This document shows, piece after piece, positions 12,832-25,693 of a DNA stretch of 64,000 bases (positions within the stretch are counted from its first letter, which is position 1; each line of letters opens with the position of its first letter). Below the pieces are notes generated by a model, which saw only the letters and a list, made by a program, of their open reading frames with translations, searched no databases and was not told the origin of the DNA. Both the position numbers and the translations under genes were made by a program. This DNA comes from Octopus sinensis (Eukaryota), in assembly GCF_006345805.1 (NCBI RefSeq), contig NC_042999.1:48050001-48114000 (forward strand), given 5' to 3'.

Positions 12832-15800
12832 TCACAGGCTAAACCTGAGAACTGGTCCATTTATACAGGCCAGTCTCGCACAATTCACCCACCTTTCATA
12901 AAATTGCTATCGGACAGCACTTTCCTCTCTAACCTCATCTTCCTTTTCAAGTGAAACTTGAAAAAGTTGATGAGGCCTTGACCAAAGAGGAAAGTGTCTG
13001 ACTTTAGCCCTTTCAAACGAGTCCACCACACGACTTCTTTCGCCACAGCCACAAGGCACAAGAAAACGGCCTCGCCCTCCTTGTTAAAGGAGGTCGGCGG
13101 GGCAATCTTCACTATGGATTCGGCCGATAGTCGGATCCGTCCTACACGTGACAGTAGCTGTTCGACATAAACCCATATTTCAGCAATACTCGGGCACTGG
13201 ACGAGTGCGTGCAGAACGGTTTCGTCGTCCTGGCAACACCTCGGGCAGGCCCGGCTGACGGCACTTCCGTGCCGGTAGAGTTTATCTCGAACAGGCAGAG
13301 CCCCTCGGTAGCACTGCCAGGCGAGAGACCTCTGGAAATTATCCATCGGCCCCGGCCCGAAAGTCCTCCCGAACAGACCGCTTAGTTCGTCGTCTTCAAC
13401 GCCTAGAGTTTCCCCGAGAACGTCGTCGCATTTTTCCTCCACTAACCCTCTATAGAACGCTAGAGTGGAGCTGTAACCGACCGCATTGCCCGCCTGGCGG
13501 AGGGCGGAGAGGGCTGACGGCACTCGAGGTGCCAAGCGCCCTTTCTCGGTCTACGTTTGATCCAGGTCTGCAGCTCCGTCAAAGAGACGAGCTGCGGAAA
13601 ATCGCGTCTGACAAAAGACGACCACACCTGTTCACCGTCTAGGAAGCGCTTGAGATGCCGCAGCCTGAGCGCATGTCTGCGCAACAGCAACCACGGCATT
13701 CCAAGGCCTCCGTTCAGCGGTCGTTGACAGCAGATGGATCGCCTGACCAGTGGCACCTGACCCTTCCACAAAAAGTCGAAGAGCAGGCGTACCAGCTTGG
13801 CCAACCAGCGGTCGGGACAAGGGACGACGGTCAAGCGGTAATAGATGACAGATGCGATGTACGCATTCGCCACCTCCGCTCGACCTTTCAGGGACAGCTT
13901 CCTCTCGGCCCATTCTGGGTGAGACGTGCCACCCTGCTCGTCACCTCTTCCCAGTTCTTATCCACCTGGAGGTCCGGACCGAACCAGACCCCGAGCAGTT
14001 TAACGGGTCCGTCTGTCCAGCGCCCTACGACGCTGTTGGACGGCATGGGCTTGCCTCTCCAGGTGCCTAGTTGCAAGCCCACAGACTTTTCCGCGTTAAT
14101 CTTTGCCCCTGTCACCGCTTCGTACTGGTTTAGCGTCTCGCCAATCAGGCCAATGTGCCTGTGGCTCGACACCACCACGGTGACGTCGTCGGCATAAGCA
14201 GACACGCTGTTTCCGCCTCCTAGATCGCGCGGGATGCCCCTCAAAGCCTCCAACTTGCGCAGTAATGGCTCGAGAGTCAAAATGTACAAGAGGGAGGAGA
14301 GAGGGCATCCTTGGCGGACCGAACGCGAGATGTCGAACGGTTCCGAAGGTGACCGTTCACCCGTATCACCGAGCAGATTTGTTGCTGTATAAAGCAGCGA
14401 TCCACCCGCGGAAGACTGGACCGAAGCCGGCTGCCTTGAGGACAGCTGCCAGGTACCGATGGTCGACCCTATCGAAGGCTTTACTCTGATCCAAGTTGAT
14501 CAAAGCCCCACCCGCGCCAGCGTCGTTACCCACCCTCTCTATGATGTAGCGCATGAGATGGAGGTTGTCGTGTATCGACCTGGTCGGCACGGCGCATGTC
14601 TGCGTCCCGCCGACCAGCTTGTCCACGACAAGCGCCAATCTCTGGCTAGCACCTTGGCCAAAATCTTCAACTCTGCATTGAGCAGAGTGATGGGCCGGAA
14701 ATTCCCTATAACGTCCCCCTTGTTTGGGTCCTTCTTTAGCAAAGCCACCACCCCTCGACAGACAAGCAGCAGGAATTCTCCCGTTTTGCTGCCAGTTGCA
14801 GTAGACGTTTGCCAACAGGTCCGCAAACAAGTCTGGCATTGAAAAGTAAAGCTCGTAGGGCAGACCATCCAAACCCGGCGATCTACCTCTCGTGCAACTC
14901 TTCATCGCTTCCTGTACTTCCCAGGCAGATATCGGTCCTTCGCAGCACTCTGCCTCGCTGTCCGAGAGTTGCGGCAGTCCGTCCAGGTACACACCGAAGT
15001 CTGTACCGTTGGTGTCCGTTCCACCGCTCGTCCCAAACAGTTGAGCAAAGTGCCGCTGAAGCACCGTACACATCTGCTTCGGTTGGGTAACCTCGCGCCC
15101 GTTCTGGTCCACCAAAGACCGAATGGTTGCTCTGTTGCCTCGCTTCGCCTCCGCCACGCGGGCCATCGAGCGGCTCTAGTCCCCTCCCCGCTTAGCGAAC
15201 GTGCCTTAGCTCTGACAACGCAGCCTTCGTGTTTGGCGTCGAAGTGTTGGTCGAGGGCCAACCTTGCCGCCAACACGTCGGTCGCGATGCCAGTGTCAAG
15301 AGCCTCGTCTAGTTTCTTACTAAATCCCGCTCTCTCTTCCTACGTTCAATAGCTAGAGTCTTACTATACCTAATCGACTCTACTCTAATTGCTCTCTTGA
15401 GGGCAAACCACCAGTTGTTGTTGATGATTGCCCCCGTGAGCGCCCGCTTAACTAGTAAACTAATCCGGTCTCTGTAAGCTTTGCACGCCGTTAACGACGC
15501 GTTCAGCTTCCAGTAGCCGGGTCCCTGTCTATGTAGCCTATCTAAGTCGACCGTACAGATCACTAATTTGTGGTCCGTATATTCGACTAGGTGGAATTGT
15601 GGACACCCTACGCTGTCCTTATCCGCTGGCCTACAAAACACTCTATCTAAGTACGATCTAGACGACCCGATGCGGTTTGTCCAAGTCCACATTGGCACAT
15701 TCGGGTTGTCTAGTCGAAACCTGTCGGACAGCTGAAAGCGGCCGAGTAGGTTGGCGAGGCTCTTGCACCCTCCCCCTCTCCTATCCTCTGCCCACCCGAT

Positions 15801-16253
15801 CGAAACGTTCGTCTAAGACAGCGTTCCAATCCCCAACTAGTACTAGAGTGCGTGACGTTCCCAGGAAAACTTCCAGACGTTTGAAATAATCCGACTGCCC
15901 TGCTCCTGTCGGAGCGTAGGCAGCCAGCAGTCTGAAAGCACCGCCGTCACTACCGTCCACGTCGAGGACCACCAACTTACCTTCCGGATCCAAGAAGACT
16001 GTCCTTATTTTCAGGTCCAGGCCTTCCGAAAAAACAACCGCAGTACCACCACCGCCCGCTCCCGGCCGACACGGAGATAGAAATATCTCGTATCCGCCGA
16101 AAAGGGCTGCGAGTTCCTGCGGGTGGGAGAGCCTGGTTTCACTGATGGCTGCTACATCCACATCATGAAACCTCAGGTCGTTTAACAGGGACCCTGTTTC
16201 CAAGGTGACCCGAGGCCTCTCACATTCAAGCAACCGATTCTAAGATTTGCCAT
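12832..16253 (-). pseudogene. Tx1 ORF2 (endonuclease-reverse transcriptase), about 10 frameshifts
   Basis: MANLRIGCLNVRGL start; AAISETR, LVLVGDWN, SYLDR, TDHK (APE); SPGLDGLP, NFRPITLLNAELKILAK, LDQSKAFDRVDH, RQGCPLS, AYADDVTV (RT); CPRCCQDDETVLHALVQCP (Zn). The motifs are split over successive ORF-track frames. Confidence 0.92.
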
Positions 16254-16359
16254 GTCTCAAAGTAGGGAAAAAAAAAAGGAGAGAAAAAGGCTCTACTTAC
16301 TGTTGTTGGTGGTGGGGGTGGCTCCCTTGTGCTTTTGCACGGGTGCTTCCACAATGTTT

Positions 16360-17113
16360 TTATAAAGTTTTCGAGAAACTTTTCCCTAGCGATCCCACAT
16401 CGTTAGGGAATATTTGTTTGATTTCATCATATGTTTTTGCATTTATTTTTATTGTGAGAATGTGTGCTGGTGGTGTGTTTTGTGTTGGTATGATGAAATC
16501 GGTTATATTTGTACTAGTTTTGTTTTTTAAGTACTCCACTAGTTTTTGGTTCTTTGTGTTTATTGATGTAATTGTGTCTGTAATTCTGTCTGTGTTTGTT
16601 TGTGTCTGTGGTAGTGGCAGTAGTGGTGTCGAAAGTGTTGTTGTTGTTGTTTGTTGTTGTGAGTGTGTGTTGTTGTTGATGTTGTTGTTGATGTTGGGAA
16701 GTACTGTTTGTTCGTGCTTCCCCTTTAAATCTTTTTGTTTTTTCCTCCTTTTCTTTTTTGGAGGTACTATATTCCATTCTCCTTTGTTGGAATCGGAGCT
16801 CGCACAATCCGAGATCTCTTCATCCGGCAAAGGAATGGTTGAGGGGTCTGCTTCAGTAGCAGGACGAAAAGTTTCTGGTTCCACCGGTATCGGTGGTGCC
16901 GCTGCTCCTGTTACTGTTGCTGTCGCTGCTGTCGACCTTCGAGGTACTGGTGTCGGTGTTGGTTTGGTGGTGGTTGTCGGTGTTGGTTTGGTGGTGGTTG
17001 TTGTTGTTGGAGGTGGTGTTGCTCGTCTTGGTGCTGGTGTTGGTGATGGTGTTGGTGGTGTGGCATCCTTTGGTGTTTCTTGCTGTTTTTGTTGTTTCTG
17101 TTGTTGTTGCTTG

Positions 17114-17144
<31 letters not shown>

Positions 17145-18150
17145 GCTGCTGCCTCTTGCTATATTCTTCCATTCTCTTTTTTTGAATGGGGCAGTCCCTT
17201 TTTAGGTGGCTTTCGCTACTGCAGAGGAAACATTTTGGCTTTCGCCCCTCTACAATAACATTTAGCCTTGTCCCATCCAGCAAGATGACAAAGTCAGGTA
17301 TGGCATTGATGTTTTCCTGCTGGATCTGTACCAGCAGTTGAATTCCCATGCCTGACCAGTTCTTTTCTCGTACCCTCCGAACATTCAGAATAGTGGCAGT
17401 GTCCTCTATGCCATAGAGGACAGCCGCCACTAGCCATGAGATTTTCTGTTCGGGGGGTATTGTGCTTATAGTTATTTTTTGTACCTTACGCCCGAGGTAC
17501 GTCGGGACGAGGAACAAATGTTCATTTTGCAAGGGCGAAATGGCGTTCGCCCTTGCAAGCTCCTCTGTTGGGAAGCGAACCTCCACGGTTCCAAATCGCT
17601 TCCCTCTTGTCACATAGCTCTTCTGGCCCCAAATGGGCTTCAGAGCCATCTCTAACTGTTGTGGTGTGGCGTTAAACAATCTTTTAGTTTTCTTTTCGAA
17701 GACTTTATAAAAGATTGTTCTTTTGTTTGTCTCTTGTGTGAGTTGTTGAGGTGTGTTGAGGAAAACACTGTTTCCCTCCTTTCTCAACAAATCTTGTGCC
17801 ATCTTTATGTCCTCCATCGTTATATCTACATCTTCCGAAATTTGCTTCGCAGCAGAAGCAAAATCGTTAGAGTTTTTTGCATTTTTTTGTTGGTTCTTGT
17901 CTGTATTTTTGTCTGTTATAAGTTTCTTTTCCTCCCTCTTCGGTACAGCATCACTTGTTGAAGGCAGAGGAGGGAAATCAAGAGTGACGTCGAACGCGAC
18001 GTCCTGGCTTGCATTCTCCTTTTGAACCGAGCGCGTGCACTCCGGTTCGGAAGGAGGATCTTTGTTGCCTTTTACGGCTTGAAATGGGTTGTACGTAACC
18101 CGTGACGTTGCCTTTTGTTCTTGTGGAGGTGGTGTTGCAAGAAGGAGCAT
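16360..18150 (-). CDS. Tx1 ORF1 gag-like nucleic-acid-binding protein (596 aa from the ATG at 18150)
   Basis: Uninterrupted frame within track ORF 16360..18672. It has an RRM-like segment (FGTVEVRFPTEELA), a CX2CX4HX4C knuckle (CFLCSSESHLKRDC) and a polyQ plus Pro/Thr-rich tail. The upstream 174 codons are microsatellite read-through, and the true start is uncertain. Confidence 0.8.
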
Positions 18151-18347
18151 AATAATAATAATAATAATAATAATACTAAGAAGAAGAGGTTGATGATGAA
18201 GAAGTGGCAGAAGAAAAAGAAGTGACAGAAGAAAAAGAAGAAGAAGGAGAAAAAGAAGAAGAGGAAGGAGAAGAATAGGAAAAGGACTATATATTAAAAA
18301 TGTGATAGCAAATGAAAGAAAAACATGAAACGGTTTTTCCATTAACA

Positions 18348-18414
<67 letters not shown>

Positions 18415-18954
18415 GTGTGTGTGTGTGTGTGTGTGTAAAGAAGGAATAAATATTTTTGCCTCAGTCCAGTTAAAGCTCTTACGTATTTTCCCATCGCCCT
18501 TGGAAATATATGTACACATAAAAATCAATATACTTATAGGTACATAAAGATGCATGTATAGTATGTGTGTATGTATATATCTATCTATCTCTAAATATAT
18601 ATATATACAATTTATTTGTGAGTTAACAATACTACTACCAATTGTTTCATTTTGAGATAAATCTCTCAACATTTATCAATCATGACGAATTAAAACGTTG
18701 AAACATGTCTCCAACCTGTATAAATAATTATACATATCGTGGGAGTTAACTTGTAGGAAAATCAAAGCTGTTGTCTCCATTACATTATTCCTTATATCTT
18801 TGTACTGAACAGCTTTTATAAATATAAACATATGTATTTGTACTTCCACATTCATGCAATTTATATGCGCATACCCACACGCATACACAAGCTGCCGCCC
18901 TCACTCACAAACACAGACACACACACACACATACACACACACACACACACACAC

Positions 18955-19012
<58 letters not shown>

Positions 19013-19123
19013 ATATATATATATATATACATACATACATAGTATATGTACCCAGACTGGCATTTATAAACACAAATACTCACCTGCTGTATGCGTTTCG
19101 TTCGCGTACATATATGTACAGGT

Positions 19124-19435
19124 GGAGGCGCAATGGCCCAGTGATTAGGGCAGCGGATTCGCGGTCGTAGGATCGCGATTTCGATTCCCAGACCGGGCGT
19201 TGTGAGTGTTAATTGAGCGAAAACTCTTAGAGGTCCACGACGCTCGGCATGGGATAGTGGCGATCCCTGCTGTACTATTTCGCCACAACTTTCTCTCATT
19301 ATTTCTTCTATTGGCCTGCTCGCTTAGCCAGCGGGCTGGCTTCATTTGAAGGCTAAAACAATTAGAAGTGCATTGTGACCAGCGATGTGTAACAACATCT
19401 GACAGCCAGGTCGGTCACAGTGATCACAGTGATAT
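19124..19435 (+). mobile_element. tRNA-derived SINE, family C
   Basis: A-box-like tggcccagtgattagg and B-box-like gatttcgattccc, followed by about 230 bp of non-tRNA body and a repeated cacagtgat tail. Confidence 0.7.
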
Positions 19436-19901
19436 ATATGTATATAATTGTTGTGTTTAAAAGAATTTGACGCCAAACTTGGCCCATGAGTATATAAAGT
19501 GATGAGTTTCTGTAAATATGTATTTTCCTGCGAACCAAGTAATACCCTTATATTTTAAGTATACATCCCATATTTGATAAAGGTGTTGTATATACCTTTT
19601 GCTTTTATCTCTGAACGTGGAGATTGTTGCCTGTATATCTGTCTGAATTTGATTCCGGTTATGCCAGAGCAAGTTTTGTTGTTGTGTCCAAATACGTAAT
19701 GCTAGCCATGGACACTAATTCTTTTTTCATGCCCATGTCCTTTAGAGGGACATCAATTTATAAGATTCCCCTAGGGGTGTTCCCAATGTTATTTTTATTC
19801 TGGATGAAAAGGACCGATCCTATATTGGGGAGGTAAGTATAGTTATCTCCTCCCATACACACACACATATATGCCTACATGTATGTATATATGTATATAT
19901 G

Positions 19902-19933
<32 letters not shown>

Positions 19934-20085
19934 TACACATATGTATTTATACATATATATTTGTGTGTATATATATATATATATATATATGCATATATGT
20001 GTGTAGGAGAGAGACAGAGAGAGAGACTGAGAGAGGGAGAGAGAGGGAGATTGGTGCATTTTTTTCTCTGAAATGCTTACCGATA

Positions 20086-20368
20086 ATGTTAAATATTTAA
20101 TCAATAACATCTCATATTTGAATGTGACAAGATTTTGACAATTGACTAAGGTTGTAACAGTAGATTATACATTGTTTACATTATTTACATTATTTAATAC
20201 GTTAGGAATGAGAAGCCAAGTTCTAAATTTCCTCAAGGAGGCTGGAGTGTATATCAGTCGAAACGTTGTGTTAACAACAAAGAAGATGAGGAAAAATATC
20301 CGTCGAATGTAAATAATGTAAATAACGTAATTAATGTACATAATTCCTCATCTCTTCAATATGGAAGA
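20086..20368 (+). mobile_element. Short structured repeat with a degenerate hammerhead-like motif (PLE-end-like)
   Basis: cctcaagga-GGCTGG-agtgtata-TCAGTC-GAAAC at about 20231-20264. Inverted repeats lie at 20169-20191/20306-20328 and gaagatgaggaa/ttcctcatctcttc. Confidence 0.4.
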
Positions 20369-20999
20369 GTAGAGTATACGTTTTGTCGTGTCGTTTCGCA
20401 AAAAGCAATCAGAGTATGCACGCCGAAATGGAACTGAAGCCATTATATCAATAGAAGACTATTTTGAATATTAGATAATACTTCCTTGCTATACACGCAC
20501 AAACTTTAGATTTAGTTTTCCTTTTAATTCAGTATATTCACATATAAGACATGTTAAACATTCTTACATATTCCCGTGAAGCGATGCGGCGTAAATTTCT
20601 GTATGCCTTATCATGGTTATTCAATGACTACAAGAAGTTCAACTATTCCGAACATCTAAATATTTTGATAAATCAGTTCAAATTTAGAACTGTGTTGACT
20701 AAGCTTTAATGTAATGCACTTACGTCATTACAATGCATGTGTTAGTCATAATGCATAGATCATGTTCCATAATTTATAATGCGCCTTTCTGAATTAATTT
20801 TATTTGAAATTGACGTGATTTTAAATATTCTTTTATTCTTCTAATCTTTCATTCCTCTTCTTTCAAGTCGATCTCAAGACATATTATGTGTAAGTCTAGT
20901 GTATATTCTATCGATCTCTTTTGCCAAACCGCTAATTCATGGGGAAGCAAACATACGAACATCGTTTGTGAAGTGATGGTGTCGGGCAAACATAAACAC

Positions 21000-21054
<55 letters not shown>

Positions 21055-21130
21055 ACGTCTTCTTTTGCCGAACCGCTAAGTTATGGAGAAGTAAACAACA
21101 CGAATATCGGTTGTGATGTGGATGCTGGGG

Positions 21131-21351
21131 AAGGCGACGAGCTGGCAGAATCGTTAGCACGCCGGGCGACATTTCGTCTGTCGTTATGTTCTCAGTTCAA
21201 ATTACGCCGAGGTCGACTTTGCCTTTCATCGTTTCGGGGTCGATTAAATAAGCACCAGTTACGCCCTGGGGTCGATATAATCGACTTAATCCGTCTGTCT
21301 GTCCTTGTTGACCTCTCTGTGTTTAGCCCCTTGTGGATCGTAAAAGAAATA
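21131..21351 (+). mobile_element. SINE family A copy
   Basis: Colinear with the 9705 and 58528 copies, including the tagccccttgtgg...aaagaaat tail. Confidence 0.85.
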
Positions 21352-21354
21352 GGT

Positions 21355-21490
21355 GGGGGAGAAACACAAACATATATATACGACGGGTTTCTTTCAGTTT
21401 CTGTCTACTAAATCCACTGAAAAGGCTCTGGTGCATCCGTGGCTATAGTAGAAGGCACTTTCCCAAAGTACCATACTGCCACTCCTGTCC
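21355..21490 (-). mobile_element. SINE family B, 5' half
   Basis: Reverse complement of the family B segment gggcaagtgtcttctactatagcc...gaaactgaaagaaacccgtcgtatata. Confidence 0.7.
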
Positions 21491-22081
21491 CTATGTATTT
21501 ACATATGAATTGTAGCAGGTATTGGCACTACCGGAGGCACAATCCTCGGATTAGGTTCACTTATTTGTAGATAAATTGAACGCATACATGGGTCTTCAAA
21601 TACTTCAAAACAGAACAAATATTTAAACTGACGGTTCATGCTTCTTCGAAATTCAAATAATCTCTATACACTAGTGCAACATAAACGAAGTCTATGATGC
21701 TAAATCTAAAGATGCAGAATTTTATGTCTTTAAAGCCCATTAAAATGTTTACGTTCTGAAAGAAGTTTATAATGGAAATGATTTCAATCTTTTCTGTCTT
21801 AAAGAAGAAAGATAGTAGATTTAGAGGAAAATACCAAATGTGTCACAACAGATATGCATAAAATATCACGCAAATGAAATCTTCAGAAAATAACATTTCA
21901 TTGTACTCTATGGCGTAGGCCGTGTGTCATATAACTGTTCAAAAGTAAATCTTGCAAATAACATTATGCCGAATAATAGATATTAATAAATACCGAAATT
22001 CAAGTTATTGTATGTTACTTGAGGAACGAGGTAGTGAGCAACTTTACCACAATATATATACCTACACATATATACCTACAC

Positions 22082-22150
<69 letters not shown>

Positions 22151-22441
22151 ATATATACATACATACATGCATATATGGGTACAGGGCATCAAAAAAACTT
22201 TGAACACAATGAGAAACGAAAACATAAAAAACAAAAACATAGAAACGAACTTTTTTTCGAACAACGAAGAAAAAAACGAAACAGAGAAATGAGACGTAAA
22301 ACATAAAGGATATTTCCCTTCTTCAGTTGTCCCTGTTTTATCTTCTCCACATTCGAAGGCAAGGACAAGAGTCTTAAAAGCGTCCTTCCCGCAAAGCAAA
22401 TTTAATAAAAAGTTTTGCCGAGGCGGAAATATATGTGTATG

Positions 22442-22493
<52 letters not shown>

Positions 22494-22500
22494 ATATATA

Positions 22501-22530
<30 letters not shown>

Positions 22531-22534
<4 letters not shown>

Positions 22535-22583
22535 AAAAAGCAACAAGAATGGATTAAAATCCATTCTTGTTGCTTTTTTCCTA
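22531..22583. repeat. About 25-bp-arm hairpin abutting (TA)n
   Basis: taggaaaaagcaacaagaatggatt-aa-aatccattcttgttgcttttttccta, with one extra T in the right arm. Confidence 0.9.
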
Positions 22584-22700
22584 TTTATAATCACCCCACT
22601 TGTCGTATGGCTAACACCATATAGATATCCGGTGCATCCTAGTTAAGGACCATATTCATGTGAATTCTTTAGAATTCACTAGAATCTCAATTACTTAACC

Positions 22701-22775
<75 letters not shown>

Positions 22776-22785
22776 TATATATATA

Positions 22786-22818
<33 letters not shown>

Positions 22819-23572
22819 AATAGAGAGAGAGAAAGACAGACAGACAGACAGAGACAGAGAAAATAAACATTGATAGAGCCAGAGAGAGCAGTATATATAC
22901 ATTTAACTGCGAATATTCTAATTTTGCAGGTAACGCGTTTGACCTGAACAAATTTATGTTAAAAAGCATTACAGAAACAATCATGTACGCACCCTCGAAC
23001 GCACACATACAAACATACATATACTCTGTGTGTGTGTGTGTGTGTGTGTTGTGGTGTATATGAAACATGTTATTTTTAAAAACACTGAGTTTACTACTCA
23101 GATTTCAAGAAACAAATAAAGGAATTCGACTATATGTTGTTCTCCAGAGAGTCAACATATGGTAGAAAAAAACATAATGTTTATTTTGAAAATGTTAATA
23201 TGCATGTTAATTTTTTTCTCTTCTTTCATTTCTTTTAATTATTTATGTTTGAGTGACTCTCTAAAGCCATTTTCAATTTCATCGTTTCTAATTCAATCGG
23301 CTCTACAGTAATTATCACCTGAATTCCGTCTTTAACAATTCTAAAAATAATATCTTTTTGTTTAATTGAAAATTTTCTGGATTGCGTGCCAACCTTATTT
23401 TTTCCAACAACGCATGCATCGTTGTCACATGCACCGTGCTGTTTTGAATTGAAACCGATTTCGGCATAGCGGTCCATATCCATAGTGCCAAACTTCTCAG
23501 CTTCGGTCTCTGTAACAACATAATCAAAACCACGAGAATTATTTTGCTAGAAACATAGCTTTGCGAAACAAT

Positions 23573-23976
23573 TGGCTGTGTGGTAAGTAGCTTGCTTACG
23601 AACCACATGGTTCCGGGTTCAGTCCCACTGCATGGCACCTGGAGCAAGTGTCTTCTACTTTAGCCTCGGTGGGTCCAAAACCTTGTGAGTGGATTTGGTA
23701 GATGGAAACTGAAAGAAGCCCGTCGTATATATGTATATATATAAATATGTATGTATATTTGTATATATTTTTTTGTTTCTTCCCCCCACCAACATTGCTT
23801 GGCAACCGATGCTGGTGTGCTTATATCTCTGTAACTTAGCGGTTCGGCAAAAAGACCGATAGAATAAGTACTAGGCTTACAAAGAATAAGTCCTGGGGTC
23901 GTTTTGCTCGACTAAAGGCGGTGCTCTAGCATGGCCACAGTCAAATAATATAAACAAGTAAAAGAGTAAAGAGTAA
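23573..23976 (+). mobile_element. SINE family B (tRNA head, CORE-like segment, internal TA/TG tract)
   Basis: gtggtaagtagcttgc...ggttccgggttcagtccc head, ggcacctggagcaagtgtcttc segment and aaacaagtaaaagagtaaagagt tail. Homologues lie at 29500 and 34328. Confidence 0.85.
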
Positions 23977-24619
23977 GGGTTATAATAACTTGGATAAAAT
24001 GTTTACAATGATTCTTTTGTCCATTTCCAACATCGATATCGTATTTGAAAGTACATATGCAAAATATTCATTTTCATTTACCACATCAACTTCAGAATAT
24101 TTTCCACAAATATTTCCATTCTGGAACATAAGTGTAAAGACGCAAAATATGTCTCAGTCATCGCACACAAGTAAATAATTGTCAAATGAAAACGAAGATG
24201 ATCTATTTGGCCATAATAAATATAAAGTATCAATTAGAGATTACTTGCTGAACAATTAAATATCTGACGATATTATGTGATAGGGCATCACATAAACATT
24301 TCAATGTAGAAAAAGTTTATGGCAATACATACACACATTGAACTAAAAATTGCAATTTCCATTTTGCCAAGGTTTAGTAGGCCTTCTTTAAAAAACAAAC
24401 CTTTTCAACAGCACTAACGTTTTCTGCATGAAAGAAAACACAATATTTAATAAAATTGTCCTGCAGCATTATATTTTAATAACGCTCTATTATCCAGATT
24501 GCAATTTCCTCTACAATCGTAACTTTGTGGGTTGTAATATGGCTTTTACAGGATCTTGTTTCTACACCTACACATATGTGTGTGTGTGCGTGTGTGTTTA
24601 GATATATATTTCGAACTTA

Positions 24620-24745
24620 CAAATAGACAAACAAAACAAAAGACGAAGACGGGCGTGTAAACAAGAACAGATGTATTATTTAACGCTCGGGAAGTGAGAA
24701 AGTCTTTTAGGTTTCGGGCCTACGTTCTTCAACAGAAAGGAAAAC
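24620..24745 (-). mobile_element. PLE-end-like repeat with a variant hammerhead-like motif
   Basis: Minus strand CUUU-CUGUUGA-AGAACGUAGGCCC-GAAAC-CUA-AAAG. Helix I is 4 bp; the core has A6>U and helices II and III are defective. Confidence 0.35.
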
Positions 24746-25643
24746 AGAATTAAAAAGAAGGAGATAATAAAGATAAAAACGTTTAGTGGTTAGCGATGAA
24801 TAATGGAGAATGCTGGACAGAGGTAGTCAGAGAGGAGAATTTGGAAACAATGGAGATAATAAAGCATTGGTCATCCGATAACGAAGGTGAGCGTACGTGT
24901 GTATGTGAGAACGTATATGTGCTTGTGGATGGGAGCTGGTGACCTTGATGTAGGTGTGTGGATGATGGTGTGTGTACTTTTGTAAGTGGTCAGTGTTAGT
25001 GTGTGCGGGGTGAGGTGGAGTGATGTGGTATGGTGGTGTGTGATGCGGTGTTGTGTGGTGTGGTGGTATGTATACATAATATTATTATGAAGAAAACAGA
25101 TATATTTAATTGATATAAATTACTTTATTACCATTTTTAATAAGGCTTAAAATTGTTTCAATTTACACTCAATATAAGTTACAAACCTGCAGAATATAAT
25201 GTTTGCATGTTGAAGAGTTAGAGTAAACTATCATCAGGTCAATGGAAATCAAGGAAACTACATACTAAGCTTCTCCAACAGCCTAAGTAGGTGGAAATGT
25301 GCTATATTTTGTGTGAGTGTTAGTGATTTAGTTTGAATATGGTGATAAAATTTATAAAATATAAAATGTGAAAATAAAATAAACAGTAAAGAATAACTTA
25401 TAATAAGTGTGTTCAGACAAGAATAAAAATAGAAATATACAGACGAAAAATAAAATAATAAAAATATGAAAATAAAAATAGAAAAAAGATATAAAATAAA
25501 AGCAAAATAAAAATTAAAATATATGTGGGTAAGATATAAATGGAAAATAAAACAAAACCATTATAAATGGGTGTGTCTAGTGTTTGTGCTAATTTGTGTG
25601 TGTGTTTGTATGTATTCATTTAAATATACATATATAAACACGG

Positions 25644-25693
<50 letters not shown>

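Larger units (their letters stand above)
12550..18150 (-). mobile_element. Tx1-clade (L1-like) non-LTR retrotransposon, near full length
   Basis: ORF1, ORF2 (APE endonuclease, RT, Zn motif) and a 3' UTR ending AATAAAAAAGAATTG, followed by about 30 ATT units. (ATT)8 is also present at the 5' junction. Confidence 0.9.

Noticed and set aside
16247-17185. 312-aa plus-strand ORF antisense to ORF1
   Set aside because: Low-complexity mirror of the Q/P/T-rich ORF1 tail, with no domain signal.
18151-18672. N-terminal 174 codons of the 770-aa ORF
   Set aside because: Lies outside the (ATT)n junction and consists of SSR read-through.
24265-24310. CUGACGA followed by a 9-bp hairpin
   Set aside because: GAAA does not follow the hairpin and there is no helix I or III.
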